Under the pieces are notes generated by a model that was not told the DNA's origin, did no database searches, and was given only the letters and a program-made list of their open reading frames with translations. The position numbers and the translations under genes were made by a program. Shown piece after piece: positions 24,363 to 34,500 of a stretch of DNA of 64,000 nucleotides (its first letter is position 1; each line of letters begins with the position of its first letter). The DNA comes from Selaginella moellendorffii (taxonomy: Eukaryota; Plantae; Lycopodiophyta), in the NCBI RefSeq assembly GCF_000143415.4, contig NW_003314261.1, positions 6,236,822-6,300,821 of the forward strand, written 5' to 3'.

Positions 24363-27300
24363 GGTATCAGAGGAGAGTTTTGTGGCGCTGAAACGATTGT
24401 TGAGCGAGGCTCCAGTGCTTCGCATTGCTGATCCATCGAAACCTTACGAGGTGACATGCGATGCGAATGGTTATGCACTGGGAGGAGTTCTCATGCAAGA
24501 GGGACAGCCTATTGCATATGAGAGTCGAACTTTGAATTCCGCGGAGCAACGCTATTCCACATATGAGCAAGAGTTACTCTCTATTGTTCATGCTTTGCGG
24601 ACGTGGCGGCACTATCTTTATGGTGCAGTGTTCGCAGTGTTGACAGATCACAAACNNNNNNNNNNNNNNNNNNNNNNNNNNNNNNNNNNNNNNNNNNNNN
24701 NNNNNNNNNNNNNNNNNNNNNNNNNNNNNNNNNNNNNNNNNNNNNNNNNNNNNNNNNNNNNNNNNNNNNNNNNNNNNNNNNNNNNNNNNNNNNNNNNNNN
24801 NNNNNNNNNNNNNNNNNNNNNNNNNNNNNNNNNNNNNNNNNNNNNNNNNNNNNNNNNNNNNNNNNNNNNNNNNNNNNNNNNNNNNNNNNNNNNNNNNNNN
24901 NNNNNNNNNNNNNNNNNNNNNNNNNNNNNNNNNNNNNNNNNNNNNNNNNNNNNNNNNNNNNNNNNNNNNNNNNNNNNNNNNNNNNNNNNNNNNNNNNNNN
25001 NNNNNNNNNNNNNNNNNNNNNNNNNNNNNNNNNNGGCCGGTCATTTTGGGGGGAAGAAGACGTATGAGTTGATTAAGTGCAACTTTTATGGGAGGAATAT
25101 GAAGGCTGATATCCTCAAGTATTGTAAATCATGCGAGCTTTGTCAGCAGGTTAAGGTGCCACGGGAGAAGCCAGGGGGACTTTTGCAACCTTTACCTATT
25201 CCTTAGAGCCGTTGGTGTAGTATCTCTATGGACTTCATCACTTGTTTGCCACGAACACAGAGGCAAAAGGAGCAAGTATGGGTCATAGTGGATCGGTTGA
25301 CGAAGTATGTGCGGTTGATGGCTCTTCAGAAGACTGTCACTGCCTCAGACTTGGCTGCGGTTTACTTGGAGAAGGTTTTTCCTGATTTTGGTTTGCCGGA
25401 GGAAATCATTAGTGATCGAGATTCAAAGTTCACCAGTGGATTTTGGAAAAGCTTTGCAAAGGCTATGCAAGTGACTTTGAAACTCTCGAGTGGAGATCAT
25501 CCTCAGACGGATGGGCAAATTGAGCGTGTGAATCAGGTGGTGGAGGATATGCTACGTTGTAGCATTGGTCAAAGGCAAGGACAGTGGGATCTATATCTTC
25601 CGTTGGTGCAATTTGCTTACAACAATAGCCAACACAGTGGAACCAAGCTAAGTCCTTACTTTGCCATGTTTGGAAGGCATCCTCGAACAGCGGTGAAGTT
25701 GGGATTGCATTTGAGTAAGGACGTTCAAGATAAGCTTGATTCCGAGGCAACTGATCTGGCCACAGAACTTGATGAGATTCTGGTGGTGTGTAAACGGAAT
25801 TTGCAAGCAGCTCAGGATAGAGCGGAGAAGTTTGCCAATGAGCATCGCCAATTCTGGGAATATAAGGTGGGTGATCTCGTCTTTGTGCGAGTGATCTTTC
25901 CGTCAAGTGAGCGGCGGAACACCTTGGTGCCTTTACGGACAGGGAAGAGTGATAAACTTTCCCATCGATATGCTGGTCCATATGAAGTGCTGGAGCGCAT
26001 TGGTAAAGCGGCTTATCGGGTGCGGCTGCCAGTTGGGGTGAAAATTCATCCGGTATTTTATGTCAACTAGTTGAAAGGTGTACTATCTCGGAGTGACGGG
26101 CCCAATGCCTCCTTGATGTATATGGTTGTGGAAGATGGACCAGGAGCTTGAGCAGGATTCCCTAGAAAGGGTGATCACCGGTACAACTCGTCCTTGGGAC
26201 AAGGACTTTGTTGGGGGGAAATAATTGTTAGGCACCAGCTTTGACTACGTGGTCAACGTCGGTCAAAGGGAGGCTCAAGGGTATATTAAGGCATGTTACT
26301 TAACCTACCCTAGGGCTCACAGTGGAGTGGCGGCGCAGTGGAGCTTTTGAGGTAGCTCGGGGGTGGTTGGGTGGTGAGGAACCTCAAGAGGTGGCGTAGC
26401 ATAGTCTAGGGCAACTACATCTTTATCTTTTTGCGCCGGATCATAACATTGGTATCAGAGGATTGGTTGCGATGGCCGACCAAGCTGAACACTGGAATCC
26501 TATCATTGATGGTGGTGGCGAGCGATGGTGCNNNNNNNNNNNNNNNNNNNNNNNNNNNNNNNNNNNNNNNNNNNNNNNNNNNNNNNNNNNNNNNNNNNNN
26601 NNNNNNNNNNNNNNNNNNNNNNNNNNNNNNNGAGATGCATGGCATGATGGATACCATGTGTGGGCGTGTTGAGGCACTCGAGGCTGGACGGGGTAGCGCT
26701 CCAAGTAAGCCTTCTTTGGTAGATCGACTCAAGATTCCAACTTTTTCCGGTGATGGTGGTGTGGACGAGTGTCTCGCTTGGCTAGCCAATGTGAAGAAGT
26801 TCTTGGCTGCTAGAGGAACTCCCCATGCAGAGGCTTTAGTGGCTATTCCGATGGTTTTGCGTGATGCGGGTTTTCGATGGTGGAATTGGCTTGAGGAGTC
26901 CCGTGTTGCAGATAAGAAACCACCAGTGTCTACCATGGATGAGTTTCAGGCTGCTTTCCGTTTACGTTTTGCCCCTCATTACGATGTGGAGAATGCTTGT
27001 ATAGAACTTCGCCATTTCCAGCAAGGGAAAATGACGCTTGGGGATTATATTGAGAAGCTTACTCGCTTGATTAGTCATATTCCAACGAAGGATCCAGATC
27101 AGAACAAGTCGTACTTCATTGATGGCCTACATAGTGAGAGCATGCGGCAACACTTGCGTCATTCTCAGCCTACAAAGAGTTTGGAGGAGCTCTTTGATGC
27201 GGCTCGTCGACTTGACAATGACAAGCACAAGTCTCGCAAGCGTTCACGGAGTCCTTCTGTCGAGAATCGTCGTGATGATCGCCGTGGACACAAGGATGGG

Positions 27301-29050
27301 AACAAGCATCACAAGTTGAAGTCGGTGGTGACTACTTCAGATGCAAAGGGGTCCAAGAAGCAGAAGTTCTTTGTGAAGAATTATCGACAGGGTTGTCATA
27401 ATTGCGGCGAACTTGGACACTACAAGGCTGATTGTCCACAGTTGAAGAACAAGCACCAGGACAAGAAGAATGGCCAATCTTCTTCTCACGGTAAGTCCGA
27501 TACTAAAAAGTTGCAAACTTTGCAGCGTGAGGATGAGGAGAACGACCATTCCGGTCGGAGGAAGAGACTTTCGATCGTTGCTCGTCAACTCAACTGTGTG
27601 TGGAACAAGATGGAGCTTGAGGATACGCATGAATCAGCTTTAATGCTAGAGGGCGTGTTCCGTGGCGATCCAGTGCGGATTTTACTGGATAGTGGGAGCG
27701 ATGACAACTTTGTTTCGGCAAAGTTTGTTGCGGAGCATCGCCTGAACACACATGGAGTTCTTCCATACACAGTGGAAGGTGCAGCTACCTCTACTCAGCA
27801 TTTTGATGCTTGTGTCGAGGGGCTGGAAGTGTTGGTTGGCAAAACCACACTTGTGGAGACTTTTTATCTCGCGGATATCCATCGTGTGGATCTCATTCTT
27901 GGGATGCCATGGTTGGTGAAGGTGGATCCAGAGATAAAGTGGAGCATTAAGCGTATCTCGTTGGAGTATGGTGGCGTTAAAGATGTGTGGTTTGGCGAGG
28001 ACGTTCAACCACCAGTTGTTATGCTCTCTGCTACATCTTTGAAGCGGGCTTGTCGTAATGGAAAAGCACTTTCAAGTTACTTGCTGTTTGTTCGTGACTT
28101 GGGGGACCAAGGCACGTGTGGGGGAGAAGCAGCAGTACGGGATGTACTTGATGAGTTTTCTGATGTTTTTCCATCTGAACTTCCTCATGGATTGCCTCCA
28201 TTACGAGGTGTGGAGCATGGGATTACATTGGAGCCGGGGACGCGGCCAATTTACCGGCATCCATTTCGGTTAAGTTATGCAGAGGAGCAAGAAGTTCAAC
28301 GACAAGTCAAGGAGTTACTTGAGTTTAAATTCATTCAGCCAAGTAAGTCTCCATTTGGTGCTTCAGTCTTGCTTGTGAAGAAGAAGGACGGTTCAATGCG
28401 AATGTATATTGACTACCGCGCTTTGAACAAGAAGACAGTGAAGGATAAGATGCCGATGCCACGTGTGGATGATATCCTAGACAAGCTTGGTGAAGCATGA
28501 GTGTTTACCAAGATTGATCTGAGGAGTGGATATCATCAGATTGCAATGGATGATGCATCTATCTCCAAGACGGCATTCAACACAAGCTTTGGACATTTTG
28601 AGTTTACCGTTATGCCGTTTGGTTTGACAAATGCACCGGCCACATTTACTCGGTTGATGACGGAGGTATTTGGGTGTTATCTTCATGAGTTTGTGGAGAT
28701 TTTCTTGGACGATATTCTTGTTTTTAGCAAGAATATAGAGGAGCATAGGGTGCATTTGCACAAGGTTCTTTTGTTACTTCAAGACAGCAAACTTTATGCG
28801 AAAAAGAGCAAATGTGAATTTGCAAAGTCGGAGGTGGAATATCTAGGCCATATTGTGACATCTAAGGGTGTCAAGACGGATCCAAGGAAAGTGGCTGTGG
28901 TGGAAAACTGGCCTACACCGACTATAGTGGCCGAGTTGCGCAGTTTTCTTGGTATGGTTAGTTACTATTGACGTTTCCAGCATAAGTTTGCAGAGGTGGC
29001 TATTCCTTTGACGCGGTTGTTACGCAAGAATGTGCCATTCGAGTGGAAGA
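24330..29050 (+). mobile_element. Ty3/Gypsy retrotransposon in permuted order RNaseH-INT-PPT-LTR-PBS-gag-PR-RT; defective
   Basis: RNaseH (TCDANGYALGGVLMQ) at 24373, integrase (MDFIT..SDRDSKFTS..QTDGQIER..GPY) at 25228-26070, LTR 26226-26448, [28 protein letters not shown] knuckle, LLDSG protease, RT FLDD. Premature stops at 25204, 28498 and ~28969. Confidence 0.9.
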
Positions 29051-29436
29051 AACCCTAAGAGAAGGACCATGGTGACCGGATGGTGGCCTAAGTATGATCG
29101 CGGACGATCATTCCCTGACGAGGGGGAGGATTGTTAGGCACCAGGTCAGGATAATAGGATAAGGAAAGGGCCCTGCAATCAAGTGATCACCCTTTAGTCA
29201 GTTGGCTTAGGGTGTAAGGGATAGGATCCTAACATTGGTATCGGAGCCCAGTTCGATTCTCGTGGCTGACGAGTGGGGTAGGAATATTCTGAAAGAATAT
29301 TCAACATGGTGGATCTAGAGGGAGAACCAAGGTTTGGTAGACCCTAAGAGAAGGACCATGGTGACCGGATGGTGGCCTAAGTATGATCGTGGACGATCAT
29401 TCCCTGACGAGGGGGAGGATTGTTAGGCACCAGGTC
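29051..29436 (+). mobile_element. Tandem TRIM unit(s): internal-PPT-LTR-PBS-internal-PPT-truncated LTR, period 289 bp
   Basis: LTR 29132-29234 (TG..CA), PBS TGGTATCGGAGC (tRNA-iMet type) and PPT AGGGGGAGGA. The internal segment accctaagagaaggaccatgg... occurs twice, and there is no coding capacity. Confidence 0.85.
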
Positions 29437-29575
29437 GGGATAAAACTAGAGGTAGTGTTGCTGCTCCTGGTTTCCAACGCCATTGGCAAAAATATTGGTC
29501 TGGACAATGTAAGGCTGCCTAGAGACATTCCTCAAGAATTCAAAGTCAATCTCATCGTGTTTGTTAGTCTTTGAT
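29437..29575 (-). pseudogene. XTH pseudogene, catalytic exon (other half of 23606-24104)
   Basis: Reverse translation [41 protein letters not shown] contains the GH16 DEIDFEF motif. Confidence 0.9.
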
Positions 29576-30244
29576 GACATATTTTTTCCATTCCTCTCAC
29601 TTTTGTACCTTTTTGTCCTTTTACTTTTACCTTTACTTTCATCACTTTTGTTTCCCCATTACTTTTTTTTATATTTTTGTTTTATTCCTCTTTTCCCTTT
29701 TCCAATCCTTTCTATGGTCTTTATATTGCAATGGTTGACCAATTTATGAAGCAATATGCCAATCTTTTTGAATTTGATATGTTGTCTAGGGCCAAAATTG
29801 CCATATGTCATCCTATTCCAATTGAGGATGTTTGTTTAATCAAGGTTCTAGTTCGTCATCAATCACCCAAAGAGATCAAAATTTTACATGCAAACATCAA
29901 AGGGATGTTGGACAAGGGTGTTATTCAAAAATCACAGAGTCCTTATGCATGTGAGCTTTATTTTGTAATAAAACCTAATGAGAGTATTCATTTCTACATT
30001 GACTATCATCCATTAAACAAAGTAATAATCTCAAATATGTACCCTCTTTCACACTACTGATCTCTTGGATCGTCTAAAGAGATGTCATTGGTTTACCAAG
30101 TTAGATCTTCCTTTTGGGTACTAACAAATACCAATGGCTAAATAAGATATTCATAATATTTTTAGTACACCATTTGGTTTATATAAGTTCTTGGTGATGC
30201 CAATTAGTTTTTAGCAACTTTTCAATAGATGATGGATAAAGTTC

Positions 30245-30832
30245 TATAAGCTCCTAAATTTGGACTTCCCAAAAGTCACTCAGCCCAGTATTATTCAAAC
30301 CCCAAGGACGCTTAACCTCAAGTATCACAAGACCCTTTTCCAATCGGGGGTCCACTCTTATTCATGGGCCCTTTCCCTCTATATTTGAACCCCATGGATT
30401 GTTTCTCAAGTCGTTCTTTTTGGTTGCTTACAATCCACCACGCTTCCCTGCAAGTTCATGCCCTCGTGAACAGAAGCTGAGAGCCGTAGCTCTCCCGAGA
30501 GCCCCGCTCTCTTGACACCCTACCTCTCGGGTCGAGTCTAGCGGGAGTAAACTAGACCAGCCAGATGTCAATCAACATGTGGTGTGATTCCTTTAGCCAA
30601 CCAACAAAGTCAGACCCAAGACCCCTCTGATACCAAATGTAAGCTCCTGAATTTAGACTTCCCGGAAGGTCACCCAGCTCAGTATTATTCAAACCCAAAA
30701 GACGCTTAACTTCAAGTATCCCAAGACCCTTAACCGATTGGAAAAGGGGGTGCACTCTTATTTATGGGCCCTTTCCCTCTATATTTGAACCCCATGGATC
30801 GTTTCTCAAGTCGTTCTCTTTGGTTGTTTACA
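30245..30832 (-). mobile_element. Cassandra-type TRIM (5S rRNA-like segment in LTRs), copy 1
   Basis: LTRs at 30245-30432 and 30638-30832, PBS (reverse complement TGGTATCAGAG) at ~30625-30635, flanks agttc/ggttc (TSD with one mismatch). The LTR carries AGTTAAGCGT...AATACTGGGCTGAGTGAC..GGGAAGTCC. Confidence 0.85.
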
Positions 30833-31580
30833 GGTTCTTTGTGATATGCCAAAAGTGATTGCTGACTTTATAGATAAAGTTTTGATCCACTTGGAAGGGA
30901 TGTGGGAAAAACACATCCATGATGTTTGTAAGGTCTTGGATCGGCTGTAAGAAGTTTTTTTAAAGCTAAAGCGGCCGAAATGTGTGTTTGGATCAAAAGG
31001 CATAACTTATTTTGGATACTATATTTCTCGTGAGGGTTTGCTAGTTGATCCTGATAAACTTGTCGCAATTATAAAGTTCCATATTCTAAAGTATGTAAAT
31101 GATATGCAACACTTCTTGGGTAAAATGCAGTATCTTGGTCATTTTGTTGATCATCATTTTGATCACACTTCACTATTGCAAACATTGCTGAAGTTATCAA
31201 TGTCATCTTTCATTAAGTCTGCAGATTGTGAGTGGGCATTTATGGTTCTTAAAGAGCTATTGATGACTCCTCCAATTTTGGCGTATCCTAACTCACTCAA
31301 TCTTTCATTTTACATGTGAATGCTTCTAATATAAATTTTGGAAATATGTTGATGCAAGAAAGCCTGAGTGTGCCTAGTTAGCACCATCCCAAGGTCAGAT
31401 GAAAGTTGGTGCTCTTGCTAGTACATTTGCAATTACTATTAAATACTGTAAACAACTAAAGAGAATGACTTGAGAGACGGTCCATAAGGTTTAAATATAG
31501 AGGGAAAGGGCCCATGAATAAGAGTACACCCTCTTTCCAATCGGTCAAGGGTCTTGGAATAATTGGAGTTAAGCGTCCTT

Positions 31581-34500
31581 TGTCAGGAATCCCCCAATTC
31601 TTGCCACATTCCTGACACTCACCGGATTCTTGACCTGCAGACTACATTCCTGACTCTCGAGACACTTCCTTGTTCCTGACTCTCTGATTTCCTGTATGAT
31701 TCTTGAGTCTCGAGCCAGATTCCTGATGATGATGTGGCGCCTCCTCGACCTCAACTATATTTAGGCCGTCCTCGATCTAAGAGTGGTGGAGCTTCATCAA
31801 CCTATAGTATATATAGGTTAGCCTTGTTCCATTTTTCCACAATCTGAATCAACACCAGTCTAAGGCCTTTTCTTTGTTTCCACTAGCTTTTCTCTTTGTC
31901 TTTTGCATTTTCCAGTCTTGATCTTGTTGGGGGTCTTGACAGTTTGATTCAGATTGTGTTTTTTCGTTTTATGCTTTAGCTCGTTTTGATTGTTTGACTA
32001 CCTTTGCCTTTCTTCCCCTTTTTCTTTCTTCTTGTTGATGGAGTCTCCAAGCCATCCTGATTTCTTTGCCGAAGTTCTTGCAAAAATCCAGTCTGAGAAT
32101 ACCGAGCTAAAGGAGACCCTTCTTTGCATGCAGCAGGAGCTTGCTTCACTTTTGGCTCAAGGATCCAGCAAAGTTCCTGAACCGAAGGTGAGTTTCTGGC
32201 GAAATTTTCAGCCAAGCGTTCGGAGTTTCGCGAATTCCTGAACCAAATAGAGCTGATTTTCGCACTTCAACATCAGCGGTACCCCACTCCCGAGTCTCAA
32301 ATCGGCGCGATTGGGACGTTGCTGGAAGGTGCAACTTTGTCATGGTTTTCTCCTCTTCTGGAGAAGAGCATGAAAGGGGTCGTGGTTCCGGAGCTGATGG
32401 ATCTTCAATTGTTCAAAGAGAAGCTCGAAGCAAGTTTTGGCGAGACGGATCGGGTTCGGGCTGCTACCACAAAGATGAGACGTCTCTCTTAGGGGTCTCG
32501 TCCCGCCTCGATCTCCACTGCAGAGTTCCAACTCCTTGCCTTGGACACTCAGTGGGATGAGTGGGCCCTGATTGACCAATTTCGTTTCGGCCTCAACAAC
32601 GGTGTCAAGGATTTGTTGCTCACCATGGAGGATCCCAAGGACCTGTCAGACGCCATCAACAAAGCTGTTCGATGTGACAACCGTCTCTTTGAACGTCGTC
32701 AGGAAAGTCGCCACACCACTGTTTTTCCGTCCCAGACTCAGGAATCCCAGCTTGAGTCTTCAAGGCATACTCCTGAACCTACTGCTCTGGTTCCGATGGA
32801 TATTTCTGGTACTCCCCGACTCATTAGAGGGAAGTTGAGTCCTGCTGAGAAGCAACATCGAATATCTCATTATCTTTGCCTCTACTGTGCTGATCCTAAT
32901 CACAAAGCAGCTGTATGTCCCAAGAAGCCTCCCCGACTGCTCGAGTTCACTCTGCCTCAAAGTCCACCTCTGTTGCAGTCGGGAAACGACCCTGTCCAAA
33001 CAGAGTAGGAGCTGTCTGTTTGGACTTCCCGAATAAAAATCACTTTTCTTCTTTATCAAGCTCCTCACCACCTTTCATCAAAGCCACCACCAATTCCCGC
33101 AACTTTCGTGTCCCATGTCTCCTTTCTTTCATCGAACAATCAGGACTCAAGGCTCTAGCGCTACTGGACTCGGGTGCAACTTCCTGCTTCATGGACACGG
33201 ACTTTGCTGCCCGACATCACGTTCCTCTTTCTCCTACCATACGGGATCTGAGGGTTGAAGGCATTGGCGGGCATTTTGTGTCTCCATCTTCTGGACTTAG
33301 GGAAATGTTGCCCGTTCGAGTACACATTGGGTCCACCGTCACCGATATCGCCTTCAACATCATCAATAGCAAGTCCTCCTCTGTGGTGCTCGGTCTTCCT
33401 TGGTTCCAACTACATCAGCCTCAGATCTGTTGGAAAGAATTATAGCTCCTTTCTCCCACATCACCATCTCCCACGGCTTCCCCTACTGTTCATTGAGTCC
33501 GAATCAGGAAAAGTTCCCTAAACTCAAATCGGGGTTATGTTCCTGACTCTATAAAGTTTTCACCCTCTTCTTTTTCTTCTCTTCCATCTTACACTGGACA
33601 ATATCCTCGTCTCATCATTCCATTTAGTCGTACGCCTTCTCCTATCTCCACAATCACTATAAAAGAACTCCTTCATGAAGAACCTCTTTTCCTTTTTGCT
33701 TTGCATGTTTCTCCTGTCAGTCTTCTTGAGAAGTATCATGATTTTGGGGATGTGTTTGACAAAAAAAAAGCTAGTGTCTTGCCTGTTCATCAACCTTATG
33801 ACTGTCCCATTGATTTACAGGAAGGAGCGTTACCTCCGTGGGGGCCTATCTACGGGTTATCCCTATCCGAGCTTCAAGCCCTCAAAGAGTACGTGGATCA
33901 GAACCTTGCCTCGGGGTACATTCAGCATTCACAGTCCCCAGCTGGAGCACCTGTCTTCTTTGTCAAGAAGAAGGACGGGAGTTTGTGGCTAGTCATCGAC
34001 TACCGAGGTTTGAACAAGGTGACTGTTCGGAACCGTTATCTGCTGCCCCTGATCTCGGACCTATTGGAACGCCTCGGTGGTGCCCGCTTCTTCACCAAGA
34101 TCAACCTCCGTGGAGCATACAACCTGATCCAGATCCAGCCTGGTGATGAATGGAAGACTGCGTTCCAAACCCGCTATGGCCACTTCGAGTACACTGTCAT
34201 GCCATTTGGCTTGACAAATGCTCCAGCAGTTTTTCAACACATGGCAAACGACATCTTTCGGGAGTTTCTTGATCAGATGGTGATCGTCTACCTCGATGAC
34301 ATCCTCATCTACTCAAAAACTCAGGAGGAGCATGACGAACATGTACATAAGGTGCTGGCAAAGTTGCGAGAACACGGCCTATACGCGAAGCTTGAGAAAT
34401 GTTCCTTCGATCAGCAGTCTGTGGAGTTCCTTGGGTACATTGTCACTCCTGAGGGTATCACGATGGATCCTGCCAAAGTCAAGACTATTCTCGAATGGGA

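Noticed and set aside
24574-25067. ORFs spanning poly-X
   Set aside because: Artefacts of the N gap.
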